Shown piece after piece: positions 40,484 to 53,812 of a DNA stretch of 64,000 nucleotides. The position numbers were made by a program, and so were the translations under genes. The notes beneath the pieces were generated by a model. It saw only the letters and a program-made list of their open reading frames with translations. It was not told the origin of the DNA and searched no databases. Position 1 is the first letter of the stretch. Every line of letters begins with the position of its first letter. The stretch lies in assembly GCF_006345805.1 (NCBI RefSeq), contig NW_021835464.1:1-64000 (forward strand), written 5' to 3'. The DNA is from Octopus sinensis. Its lineage: Eukaryota.

Positions 40484-40864
40484 TCTCTCTCTATATAAAC
40501 GGCAGTTTGTCTGTGCGTGTTTCTGTGTGTCTGTTTGCTTGTACCCTCACCCTGACCACGGCTTTCAACCGATTCTGATGAAACTTGACACACACATAGC
40601 CCAATGTCATAATTCAAAACTAACTCAGCGAAAATTTTGAAAAGTTCCCCCAGTTCTGAAAAAAATCGATAAATTCGACATGGGGTCGAGAATCAGAAAC
40701 ACAAACCGCAGACTGTCTAGGGGACGCAACTCCACCTTTTTTAACTAAAAAAAATTTACCATAATTTTTTTCCATCTTTTTGCTATTTTTGGGCTATAAC
40801 TCTCTAAAAATGCTTTATAGTTATTTCCCTTACAAACCTGAGCAACGCCGGGCGATACTGCTAG
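40484..40864 (+). mobile_element. Non-autonomous Helitron-like element
   Basis: A/TC start; 3' end cctgagcaacgccgggcgatactgCTAG/T shared with 30615-30989. Confidence 0.8.
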
Positions 40865-40989
40865 TAAATGATAATTCTGTCCAAATTGGTGTCTAAACTC
40901 AAATTGTCGTTTCTGCAAAGCTTTAAATTTCCAAATGAAACTAATAATATGCATATGTACACATTTATATTTCTGTGTTTTTGTGTCTG

Positions 40990-41210
40990 TGTTTGTCACC
41001 CCAATCACCATCACTGATTGGAAACCTGTGTTGGTGTGTTTCCGTCACCGTAAAGTTGCGGTTTGGTAAAAGAGCAAAACAAAAATACGTACAAGGCTTA
41101 CAACGAAAACGTTCTGGGGTGGATTTCTTCAACTAAAAATACCCATTAGGGCAGTGCCTCAACATAGCTATAATCAAATGACAAAAACGAGTAAAAGAGT
41201 AAAAGAATAT
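40990..41210 (+). mobile_element. Degenerate 3' half of SINE family A
   Basis: tgttggtgtgttt...gcggtttggtaaaagag...aagagtaaaagag tail. Confidence 0.6.
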
Positions 41211-41229
41211 ATATATATATATATATATA

Positions 41230-41540
41230 GTTAATCCAAACAAGAAAGCACAAAAAAACACAACAATGCGAGGACGTGGAACAAATATAGTATTATTGGA
41301 CGCTCAGAAAGAAGGAGGGTTTAACGTTTCGAGCGGAGCTCTTCGACGGAAACATAGGAGAAGGAAAGATCCAGAGAAGGGAAGACAGAGGGAAAAAATC
41401 GCCAACGGTACACACGAGGTCACAAACACACACACATATATATATATATAGTTAATCCAAACAAGAAAGCACAAAGAAACACAACAACCCGAGGACGTGG
41501 AACAAATATAGTATTATTGGACGCTCAGGAAAGAAGGAAA
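41230..41540 (-). repeat. Partial-tandem short repeat (~220-bp period) with a hammerhead motif (first box mutated)
   Basis: Unit 41230-41422 followed by a partial direct copy at 41451-41540. Motif at 41319-41353: gttt ccgtcga a gagc-tcc-gctc GAAA cgtt aaac. Confidence 0.7.
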
Positions 41541-42469
41541 GAAGTGTACACACACACACAAACACAAACACATGTACTCACTCACTGAGCTCCTATACAC
41601 AGAAGCATCTACGCGATGTTTTCTATATCTCCCGAAACTGTGGCACCAGTAATAAATAATATATAAAGGCGTAATGCCGTGTATTATCATGGATGGCCGA
41701 GAAAGACGAACAAACGTCCTTACAGTTGTCTATAGAATCCCTATTCATCCCGAGATGAAATAATCACTATAATCGATAAAAATATATTACTGAAAACCTA
41801 GGTTGATGTTATCGATTATAGCTGCATCCGCCTTAATTAGCGTGGCCTAATAATTAACTAATTAAGGACTTCATTTGCTGTCGTGTATGACCCATGACTT
41901 CGAATCGACATGTGGAATCACTCTCACACGTTCTTCTCTCGCTCTTCTACATCGATATATAGCTACCTGTCTCTGTCTGTCTGTCTTTCTATCTCGCTTC
42001 CTTTCTTCGTGTGTTTCTGCCTGTCTGTCTCTCTGTCTCTCTGTCTGTTTGTCTGTCTTTCTCACTTTCTCTCTGTTTCTCAGCTTGCTTTGCTACATTT
42101 CTGTGTGTGTATGTGTGTGTGTCTGTGTATGTGTTTGTGAGTGTGTGTCTATGTGAATGTCTGTGAGTATGTGTGTCTTTCTGTTAATCTGTCTCTGTCA
42201 CTCTTTCTCTTTATTTTTCTCTCTCTTTCACTCGCTCTCTCTTTCTCTATCTATGTAACTTTCTATCTCTTCTATCTCCGAGCGACAATCTCATTAGCTC
42301 AGAGATTTTCCAGATTTTAAAGTCATTGAAATGTCGAAGTTTGCAAAGCCACCCATCCAACTAGAACGCCAGTCTGCAGAATGTTTGAGCAGCAGATATT
42401 TCTAGAACTCATTATTGACTGACTGGATCGGAGAAAGCTGAATTCCAGTACGTTAATCAACGTCACAAC

Positions 42470-42541
42470 CCAACACCGTGACCGAGAATCGAACCACGAT
42501 CCTACGAATCGTAAGAGCTACAACCTTACCATTAGGCTACA
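42470..42541 (-). mobile_element. tRNA-derived SINE head, degenerate
   Basis: Minus strand tagcctaatgg (A box) and ggttcgattctc (B box); no convincing cloverleaf. Confidence 0.5.
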
Positions 42542-43127
42542 TAAATTCCTTTTGTCATGAGTTTGTTCATTAATCTAGTCCTCCATGTAATTGCGACCAG
42601 AAACAAACACAGTCTCAGTGATGGTGTGCAGCATTTTGTCACAACTATCTTGGGAGTCACTTCTTTGACGCAACTGATTCGACGCTGACCTACTTGACCT
42701 AGGACGTTTTATTGTTTTCTCCCGTTTTAATCTTTGTATCGTTCTCTATCTAGCATTCTCTGATCCCCTTCTCTCTCTGTCTTTCTCTTTGTATTTGCGT
42801 GTTTCTGCATATTTCTCTCTAAGCGAAAACTCTTTATGAAAATGGTGGTCAATTAACAAATTGTAATGTATCTCTCCGTTTCTCTTCTTTTCTATCCTTG
42901 CTCCTCTCTTTCTCCTTGTCCCTAACTTCTTCTTCTTCTCCTGCTCTTCTCCCTCTCTCCCCTCCCCTGGCATCTCCTTTGTCTCTTTCTTCTCCTCCTC
43001 CTCCCTCTCTCTCTAGTTTTCTGTCTCATTCTCTACGTTTATGCCTGTGACCATATTTCTATATATGTGCTTGTGGACAGGCGCAAGGTTGTATGAGAAT
43101 CCTCATCAACAAATAAATTACAAGCAG

Positions 43128-43164
<37 letters not shown>

Positions 43165-43872
43165 CACTCATTCACGCTCTTTCCCAATCCATCCGTATAT
43201 CTGTATTCCTGTGTAGGCGCGCATGTATCTGTTTTCAACGATTATGTCGCTAAAGAATGTTGAATATCCAACGGTCTAACCAAACGGTTAGAGTCCAGGC
43301 AGCTACAGCTAATTGTTCCATTTTGGTCAGTCCTCTCACACTTGAGTCAGAAAAATATCGTGGATGAAGCAACTGGATGGAATCAAAAGCCCCAATTCAA
43401 AATTGGCGGGAATTGATCACAGAGCAGTAAGTACTACGAACTTCGAATCACATCCGTTTAGAAGTTCAAACGACTCAACTAATCAACAACATTTGTCGCC
43501 TTGAAATTATGAATATCATAATATATCGATCTACAATTGTAGTATAATAAACTGATTGTACAAAATTGAACAAAGATGAAAAGCAAATTTTAGACCAAGA
43601 TGAAAAGCAAATTTAGAATTGACAGGATTTGAACGCAGAACGTAAAGTGCTTCTGCACAGTTTGTGTCGGTGGTCTAACAGCTCAGGTAATCATCAGTAG
43701 CTGTCGCCTAGAATTTATAATCGTATCATTTATCAATGTGCGAATGTAGTGTAATAAAGTAATAGCAGAGAATTCATCAGCAATGAGATATGGTGACGCA
43801 GATAAAAAAACATAATTGGAGTGAAAAGGTGTATGAGTTCGCATGGAATCGCGTGACACATATTTGACTGTG

Positions 43873-44131
43873 TGTATGTATGTATGTATGTATGTATGTA
43901 TGTATGTATGTATGTATGTATGTATGTATGTATGTATGTATGCATGTATTATGTATGTATGTATGTATGTATGTATATATGTATATATGTATGTATGTAT
44001 ATATGTATGTATATGAGTATGTATATATACAAATCTCGGAAAAAAAAGACGGAAATAAGAACAATTGTGGTGTCTGTGTGAGAATTGGAACTGCACGTCT
44101 AAAATAAAGCAGCAAGAGCATAAACAACAAC

Positions 44132-44186
<55 letters not shown>

Positions 44187-44454
44187 TAATAATAATAATG
44201 ATGATGGTGATACGAAAGGATGGGTGAACGCTGAGCAAACTATATTTAAATGAAGCACATTGCTGTGTTCGGTTTTGAAGCAATTAAAACAAAATTGAAA
44301 AAACTTTGTTTCGATAAAACAGAGGTTTTTGATTGATGCGAATCAACATTCGAGAATATACGTTTAAATTGAAGAAGAAAATATGGAAGTGTTAATGTAT
44401 TCGAAAAGATATTTTGAAACGGTGAGAGCATTAATGCTAAAACTACTACTACTA

Positions 44455-44489
<35 letters not shown>

Positions 44490-44520
44490 ACTACTACTAC
44501 TACAACTACTGCTGCTGCTG

Positions 44521-44565
<45 letters not shown>

Positions 44566-44640
44566 TACTACCACCACCACCACCACTGCTGCTGGTGCTG
44601 TGACTACTACTATAACTACTACTGCTTCTGCTAGTACACA
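43873..44640. repeat. (TATG)n, (AAT)n and (CTA/CTG/CAC)n microsatellites
   Basis: Direct reading. Confidence 0.9.
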
Positions 44641-44929
44641 CAGACACACACACACATATATATATACGTGCATGCAGACATATTCTTTTAGATTTTTTGC
44701 AAAAAGCTAGCAGATTCAAGTGCTATCATTTGAAATCTCCGTATACCGGGAGCTAGCAAGTTTATAGGGTCATCAGGTGATAGTGCGCGCTGTTTCGGGG
44801 CCATTTTCTCCACAGCATCTTTGCACATCGATCCCGTTCAGTTTAATGAGGCCCGCTCCCCAGATCAACTGGTTACTAAGTTTCCTTCAATGTTCTTCTT
44901 GCCATTGCTCGTTGTGTCCTTTTATACAA

Positions 44930-45355
44930 ATCAGTATATTGGTTTCAAATTTTGGCACAAGGCCAGTGATTTCAGGGAGGATGTAATTCGGTTACCTGGA
45001 CCCTGTATTTGGTACTTAATTAACGACCCCAAATGATGAAAGGAAAAATTGACCCCGTTGGAATTTTAATTCAGAATGTAAAAACGGACGAAATACTGCT
45101 ACGTATTTTTTCCGGCTTGCAAACGTTTCTTATTTCTTTACTGCCCACAAGGGGCTACACATAGAGGGAACAAACAAGGACAGACACACGGATTAAGTCG
45201 ATCATATCGACTCCAGTGGTTGACTGGTACTTATTTACTCGACCCCGAAGGATGAAAGGCAAAGTCGACCTCGGCGCACTCAGAACGTAGCGGCAGACGA
45301 AATGCCGCTAGGTATTTCGCCCGACGTGCAAACGTTTCTGCCAGCTCGCCGCTTT
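44930..45355 (-). mobile_element. SINE family B: full copy at 45130-45355 plus an adjacent degenerate copy
   Basis: Reverse complement of the 13132-13363 element. Confidence 0.85.
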
Positions 45356-45987
45356 AATATGTATTATTATTAAAAGTGAATCTGCGTGTTTATCATGCTA
45401 ATACAGTTCCGCACTGCTATGAACAGCTGGCTAATTTAACAACATATGGTACACGGTTATGAAACTCCAAAACTACCCCATATATCAATAACTACTAAAT
45501 TTTGAACAGATTTTCGAAGCAATTAAAAAGCATTGCTTCATTTGTACTATTTGTTAAGTTCTCACAAGTCGTCCTTTGTTTTAAACAAACTCAATAACAT
45601 TTTATATCCATAAAATTTTCTAAAGCCTAATCAGAACAGCAATACTTTCTCTTGAAAATACCCTCAGCCACAGTAAGTACCACCACTCGAAGGTACCGAA
45701 CAGTCTCGGTCTCTTCATAATGTTCATTTTTGGTAGATATGCGTGGAGATTTAGGGAATCGACACGGATATCAGATGGGAAAATCTCCTTTTCAATTTAT
45801 AGAGATACCAATATACGTACATCGTGGTTTATGAATTTATATGCATCTTTACATAGGTACCTTTATAAGCGTATATACATATGTGTGTGTGTGTATGTGT
45901 GTGTGTGTGCGCGTGTATCTGTATAGTTACCGTATCGTACATAACATTTATTTGCCTCAGAACTGTATACACACACACACATACACA

Positions 45988-46051
<64 letters not shown>

Positions 46052-46514
46052 CTTACATATAAAACATGGCAAATATTATATTTCTCCTTAGATTGAAAAA
46101 TGATCAATCTACTTAATCGATATTCGAACCTTATTGGGTTCTCATCAGTCGTGCATATATCACCTGTATACATACGTATTTGAGTCTATGAGAACACACA
46201 AACCCACGCGCGTGTATATTTGCATGTATGTATTAACTTCCATACATATATACACACATAAGCGCATTGTTATATTAATAAAGGTAACAGCATATATATT
46301 TCCCACATCTATATGCGTAGTTATTGCCGGCCTTTGATTATATAAGCTGGACTCTTATCCCTATATAATGCAAAGTATGACATATTTTCATGTGTATATA
46401 TGTGTGCATATACACATATATATGGATATATATACATATATATGTATGTGTGTATATGTATATATATGTATGTGTGTATTTGTATATATATATATATATA
46501 CAGATATATATATG

Positions 46515-46546
<32 letters not shown>

Positions 46547-46547
<1 letters not shown>

Positions 46548-46962
46548 TCCCTTTTACTTGTATCAGTCATTTGACTGTGGTCATGCTGGAGTACTGCCTT
46601 TAGTCGAGCAAATCGACTCCAGGACTTATTCTTTGGAAGCCTAGTACTTATTCTATCGTTCTTTTTCGCCGAACCGCTAAGTTACGGTGACGTAAACACA
46701 CCAGCATCGATTGTCAAGCGATGTTGGTGGACAAACACAGACACACAAACATATGCACACACACACACACATACAGACATATATATGTATACATATATAC
46801 CTATATACGACGGGCTTTTTTTAGTTTCCGTCTACCAAATTCACTCACAAGGCTTTGGTCGGCCCGAGGCTATAGTAGAAGACACTTGCCCAAGGTGCAA
46901 CACAGTAGTAATGAACCCGAAACGATGTGGTTGGTAAGCAAGCTACTTACCACACAGTCACT

Positions 46963-46965
<3 letters not shown>
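46547..46965 (-). mobile_element. SINE family A
   Basis: Colinear with the other copies. Confidence 0.9.
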
Positions 46966-47023
<58 letters not shown>

Positions 47024-47559
47024 TGTGTGTGTGTGTGTGTGTGGCGAATGTGCAAATACATGTCTATGAAAATACATACGTATACTAAGTCACTGAAGAC
47101 TGCATGTATGTAGAGTATATGTATCAACACATTTACATTATATATTCACATGCAACATTAATACACATCTACAACTAAGGAGCTAAACATTATGTAGAAC
47201 TCAGATCTGAGTCAAGTGAATCGTTACTTAGGGGTCTTCCTTTAAATCAAACCATCGAATTTTAAAATGATTTTCTCCTGTGTTCCTGTATATATCTAAC
47301 CCTCGCATCTAGGCCTACATATATGCATGCATACGTGAAACTAAACAATATTAAGAAAGTCTCACCTAATTTCTTAAACTAAATATTACCATTTTAAAAG
47401 AACTGTAATTACCTTTTATTGAAATTAGGAGAATCTTGAAAGCCGAATTCAACAGATATTTGAGCAGAAACTCCTGAATATGATCTATTTGTAAAAGTTC
47501 AGACACCTGTGCTCCTATACAAATCTAAAATCCAAGCTCTTGTGTTTGCAAACTATAGA

Positions 47560-48910
47560 ATTTTCTCAATAAAGCCAAGAGAAAAAGATGTTTTATAAAC
47601 ACATTCTACGAAGTTTAAAATTTTTTAGTTACCTAGAAATTATGTTAAAAACTGCCGTTCAAACCGAAAAGATCCAAAACATCTGTTCATTTAAAAATAT
47701 AAAAAGCTTCCAGTATGTTAAAATAGGTAATAAAATGTAACACTGTAGGACAGACCCTATAGGTCGGTTCAACAAAAAGACTCGCGTAAACGGATTATCG
47801 GTAACAAAAATCACGAACAAGTCTTAAAGGAAATCTCTGTATGTAAAATTAATAACACAAACGCGAATTGACAATTGGATAAAGGAAGCGATGTCACGAT
47901 AATACACAGAGATACATGGAAAAAAATCGGAAGACCTAAATTAAATGAAACTTCGAAATTTTTCCGTGCTGTTTCAGGAAAAAGCATTACTTTTCAAGGG
48001 CGATTGATAAGGAATATTACATTTCATGAAAGCAATCTTAAAATCTAAAGTTTCTGTTTTAAATAATACACAAGCTTATTCGGAACTGACTGGGTAGAAT
48101 AATTTAACTTATGGGGCTTTTCCATAAATCTCTTCTGTAAAAAGGTTAATGGTTTTTCGTCCAGTATATATAAATCGTCAGGCGAATTGAAAAAAAATAA
48201 TAAAGTTTTTTCTGAAGTTCTGTTCCATAAAATTAGTCTGTGTACCAAAACAAAAGTCGCTGGTTCAAATACAAGATAACGCTATACCGACATTTAAGCA
48301 AGAACGAACTGCAAAGTTCGCCACAGCAGAACACATAAATTTTGAGTTAGAGACACTAGAAAAAATTGTTATGCAAAAGGTAGAATATAGTCAAGAGGTA
48401 GCACCAACTATGTACATTAAGAAACCGAATAATAAAATCACTGTGTTTGTTGATATTGGACAATTCATTGATAGAAATGGAGGTCAACCAGATCCGTCGA
48501 GGGCAGACGCAATAATGAATATTTCCCCTCCGACAAACATAGCGACCGTATAAGCATTTTTATGATTTAAATATTAATGCCAAATTTATATTGCAAATAT
48601 TCATAAGCTGTGGTTTCCACTGAATAATCTCCTGAAAAAGATATGAAGTAGAATTGATCGTAAAATTGTCAAAAATTACAAACAAGTCTCAAAGGAAATT
48701 TGTGTATGTAAAATTAATAACACAAACGCGAATTGACAATTGGATAAAGGAAGCGATGTCACGATAATACACAGATACATGGAAAAAAATTCGGGAGACC
48801 TAAATTAAATGAAACTTCGAAACTTTCCCGTGCTGTTTCAGGAAAAAGAATTACATTTTATGAAAGCAATTTTAAAATCTAAAGTTTCTGTTTTAAATAA
48901 TACCACAAAC
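47560..48910 (+). mobile_element. Degenerate, rearranged Ty3/Gypsy gag-pol remnant
   Basis: QLDKGSDVTIIHRDTWKKIGRPKL (aspartic protease, DTG mutated); LFGTDW; ELETLEK..KVEYS..AP.MYIKKPNNKI (RT start); FIDRNGGQPDPSRADAI..PPTN and PLNNLLKKD (post-RT). Many stops; the protease segment is duplicated at ~48680-48905. Confidence 0.8.
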
Positions 48911-49130
48911 TTATTCAGAGGTGGCTGGGTTTCGAAAAACGGTTTCCAAGCGATTTATAACTGTGATGGTTTCTGTGTTTCCTTTTAAATCGGTTTTAAA
49001 TGCCGGCTAACCACAATGAATGTTTGTGATACCCGAGTTAGTTCCATGTTATATGACTCCGGTAATTATTCACGCTTCGTAAATCCGAATGTCCTATTCG
49101 GGGCAGCATAGTTTCCGTAGAATAAGTAAT

Positions 49131-49445
49131 GGATCTTTTCGCTTTGACCGGCAGATTTTTAAAATAATTTCTTTGTAACTAAACATTTTTATAACACCAC
49201 AAATAATTGTTGTTGGCAAAGATTCGGGGAAATTATATTCACCTCAATAGACGTCATTGACTGGTTGAAATTGCCGAAATGCAAGAAATTAAACAACAAA
49301 TAGCTTACAAACTACAGAATTTTTTCAAGAAACCCAAGAGAAAAAGATGTTTTATGTAACACATTCTAACAGTACACGAAGTTTAAAAGGGTTTGGTTAC
49401 ATAGAATTTATTTTAAAAATCTGCCGGTCAAAGCGAAAAGATTCT
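49131..49445. repeat. ~60-bp inverted repeat derived from the Gypsy-flanking sequence
   Basis: atcttttcgctttgaccggcagatttttaaaataa pairs with ttattttaaaaatctgccggtcaaagcgaaaagat; 49305-49445 also resembles 47550-47690. Confidence 0.8.
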
Positions 49446-49693
49446 AAGTAATAATTATTAATGAGAGTTTCCCCATCTATAATTTTATTAAACATTTACA
49501 TTACCTGCAGCATTCTTTTGGGGATCCACACGCGTTTCATCTGCATCACTTCACTGTGCAGTTGAAGCATTTGAAACGCGCGTAGCTCCACGAAAGTGTG
49601 CTATATATAGCTGTACATAGCTGTTTAATAAAATTGTAGATGTAGAAAATCTCCTTTCCCCCTGAACATTTCATATATATGTGTGTATGTGTG

Positions 49694-49735
<42 letters not shown>

Positions 49736-49784
49736 ATATATATATAATATATATATATATATTCACACATTCACATATATATTT

Positions 49785-49833
<49 letters not shown>

Positions 49834-49879
49834 TATGTATGTATATATATATTCACACATGCACATATATATATATATA

Positions 49880-49912
<33 letters not shown>

Positions 49913-49942
49913 TTATATATATATATATATATATATATATAA

Positions 49943-49982
<40 letters not shown>

Positions 49983-50007
49983 TATATATATATGCGTGTA
50001 TGTATAT

Positions 50008-50404
50008 GTAGCTTGCTTACGAACCACATGGTTCCGGGTTCAGTCCCACTACGTGGTACCTTGGGCAAGTGTCTTCTACTATAGCCTCGGCTGACCAAAG
50101 CCTTGTGAGTGGATTTGGTAGGCGGAAACTGAAAGAAGGCCGTCATATATATGTATATATATGTATCTGTTTGTGTGTATTTTGTGTGTATGTGTTTGTG
50201 TGTCTGTGTTTGTCCCTCACCATCGCTTGACAACCTATGCTGGTGTGTTCACGTCCCCGTAAGTTAGCGGTTCGGCAAAAAAAGCGACCGATAAAATAAG
50301 TACTAGGCTTACAAAGAATAAGTCCTGGGGTCGATTTGATCGACTAAAGGTGGTGCTCCAGCATGGCCGCAGTCACATGACTGAAAGACGTAAAAGAGTA
50401 AAAG

Positions 50405-50408
<4 letters not shown>
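50008..50408 (+). mobile_element. SINE family A, head partly lost
   Basis: Colinear with the other copies. Confidence 0.9.
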
Positions 50409-50465
<57 letters not shown>

Positions 50466-51337
50466 ATCACGTGACCGACTAGACCATCAGATGTTGCTAC
50501 ACATCGCTGGTCACAATGCGTTCGCATTGTTTTAGTCTTCGAACGACGCCACCCCGTTAGCTAAGACAGCAGGCCATATATATATATATATATATATACA
50601 AACACACACTCATATATATACATTTATACATATGTATATGTATATATGTATATATGAGTGTCTGTGTCTATATAATTATGTATGTATATAGATGATGGTG
50701 TATGTATATTAATAGAACAATCAGAAAATGAAACTAATTATCAGTGTCATGACCACTTCGAACAATAAATCTACAGGTGATTGCGAACAAAACACACCTG
50801 CGTGTATGCAACCGCTCCCCCCCAACACACACGCACGCATACACACACACACACACACACACACACAAATACACATACACTGACACACGCACAAAGAAAG
50901 CGACTTTCTTCCGTGAGCATTATGTCGTACGAAACATAATATTCATCACAAGAGTTAAATATATTTCAGACAAATCTACATCTTATATTTTCCGTCTCCT
51001 CAAACTATTTTCCCTGTTTTATCATAATTTATCAAGTGACACCTTTTAAGTCTTTGATCTGTAGCGGTTCCCTTTTGATGTTTGTACCAGTTTTTTTCTT
51101 TCCTTTTTTTTTTTCTTTTTTTGGAAGAGGTGCTTATTTGGTTTCATTTTTAAGACATTGTAGTAATTCTCGTTATCGAACTGGCGAGATTGTTGAATAA
51201 AGAAGACTGGAAATGATTGGCAGTACATAAACTCCACTCTTCAAAGAACGAAGCTATGTTATCCGTCATTGGTTGCCTCAGTCGTGAACCTTGCTCATCA
51301 GGAGACTGCCATGTTTAAACACAATTTTTTGCCGGGG

Positions 51338-51380
51338 TCGGTTGTCAAGCAACATTAGGGCCACACACACAAACATATAC

Positions 51381-51433
<53 letters not shown>

Positions 51434-51845
51434 CGACGAGCTTCTTTCAGTTTCCGTCTACCAAATCCACTAACAAGGCTTTGGTCGACCCGAGGCTAGT
51501 AGAAGACACTTGCTCATAGTGCCACGCAGTGGGACTGAACCCAGAAACATGTGGTTGGTAAGCAAGCTACTTATCACACAGCCACTCCTACGCCTGTATA
51601 TATATGTATGTGTGTGTGTGTATGTGTGTGTGTGTTTGCGTGTCTGTGTGCGTCCTTCTAACATCGCTTGACAACCGATGGTGGTGTGTTTAAGACCCCG
51701 TAACTTAGTGGTTTGGCAAAAACCGATAGAATAAGTATTAGGCTTACAAAGAATAAGTCCTGGGGTCGATTTGCCCCCGATTAATGGCAGTACTCCAACA
51801 TGGCCACAGTCAAATGAGTGAAACAAGTAAAAGAGTAAAGAGCAA
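51338..51845. mobile_element. SINE family A: inverted 5' half (51338-51595) joined to a forward 3' half (51596-51845)
   Basis: A minus-strand head ends cctacgcct at 51595, then a plus-strand body and tail follow. Confidence 0.75.
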
Positions 51846-51867
51846 TATATGTATATATATATATATA

Positions 51868-52270
51868 GGCGCAGGAGTGGCTGTGTGGTAAGTAGCTTGT
51901 TTACCAACCACATGGTTTCGGGTTCAGTCCCACTGCGTGGCACCTTGGGCAAGTGTCTTCTACTATAGCCATGGGCCGACCAAAGCCTTGTGAGTGGAAT
52001 TGGTAGACAGAAACTGAAAGAAGCCCGCCGTATATATGTATATATGCGTGTGTGTGTTTGTGTGTTTGTGTTTGCCCCCCTAGCATTGCTTGACAACCGA
52101 TGCTGGTGTGTTTATCCCCCCGTTACTTAGTTGTTCGGCAAAATAGACCCATAGAATAAGTACTGGGCTTACAAAAATAATAAGTCCCGGGGCCGAGTTG
52201 CTCGATTAAAGGCGGTGCTCCAGCATGGCCGCAGTCAAATGACTGAAACAAGTAAAAGAGTAAAAGAGTA
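51868..52270 (+). mobile_element. SINE family A, full length
   Basis: ggcgcaggagtggctgtgtgg head through to the (AAGAGTA)n tail. Confidence 0.92.
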
Positions 52271-52771
52271 TATATATATATATATATATATACGCAGACT
52301 AATCCATACATACAACCACCTTTCATCCATTCGTCCAGCTGTCGAGCCAGCCTTCCCGTTATCCATACTTATATACAGTGAAAGACAAAACAAAATTCAT
52401 GTGTATCCCACGCCATCGTCACTCCAGTCCTCGAGTCAACGTACGAATATACCGAATAATGAAAGGCTAAAATGAGGAAGAACTGGGAATTGGAGGAGGT
52501 GGGCAAGAATGACCTGATAAGTAGAGAGAAACGATGATTAGAGGCGGTGCAGGTGAAAGGAATGGAGTAGGAGTTGAAGGAGATGTGGTGATGGTGTAGC
52601 AAACAGAAGGAGGAATAGGAAGAGGAACGTAACTATTGAATTTTCTAATTATTTTCATTTCTAGATTTATATAATACAATTACAGAAGAACTTACGTTGA
52701 TTGATTTTATCGATCATATATCAGTACTATACATACACTTAGATGCGTACACACAAACATATCTATCTATC

Positions 52772-52803
<32 letters not shown>

Positions 52804-52918
52804 CAGACATACGTACTAAGAGATGCAAATAGATGAATGGATGGATATAATGTGTGGATGTCTTTGTGTGAGTTTCTCATATGTGTATGCATGTATGATA
52901 TAGATTCTACCTAACTAC

Positions 52919-52973
<55 letters not shown>

Positions 52974-53729
52974 GATATATATATATATATATACATGTAT
53001 ATATATATTATATGTGTGTGTGTGTATATATATATGTATGTATGCATATATATATATGTATGTATATATAGATATATTATGTATGTTTATATGCATTTAT
53101 GTTATGTATTATATATTTGTGTATGTATATACTAGTATATAAATACATATAACTTCTGTTCTTCTTTAACTTCTACTGCTGTTTGACCAATATGGCTACC
53201 TGATCTACTAAACGGTCGTGAAACCTGAAAAATCTGAAGTAACGACGCACGGTCATAACACGAATAAATACAATTATACTCTTTATTACGTACTGCGTAC
53301 CATATCTAGATGTACAGATATACGAAAACATACACACACATATCTATATGGTCTTTACCATTTCATCGTTGTCTGGGTTATATCTGGTTTCTGCTGTGCG
53401 CATGATGGCCTGATGATAGCTATCTCAAATTACTGAGACAGTTTGCCGTGACAAGCATGGTAAAAAGACCAGTACTCTTTGGGCTGTAGGTTTTCTCATA
53501 AAATGTCGGCACTCAGCCGAAGGCTTCGTCAAAATTAACGAGAGCTTCCTCTAACCAGCAAATGACTATTTGATACAGAAATGGGTCCCTGACGGTTGTT
53601 AAGATTTCGGATCAGAACTGACCTGGGAATATTGCTAATTAGGGATTACGGCGACCCCTTGTATGTATATATACATACCTCACATAGATAGATATAGGGA
53701 GATTTAAATATATACATGTGCGTGCGTAT

Positions 53730-53812
<83 letters not shown>

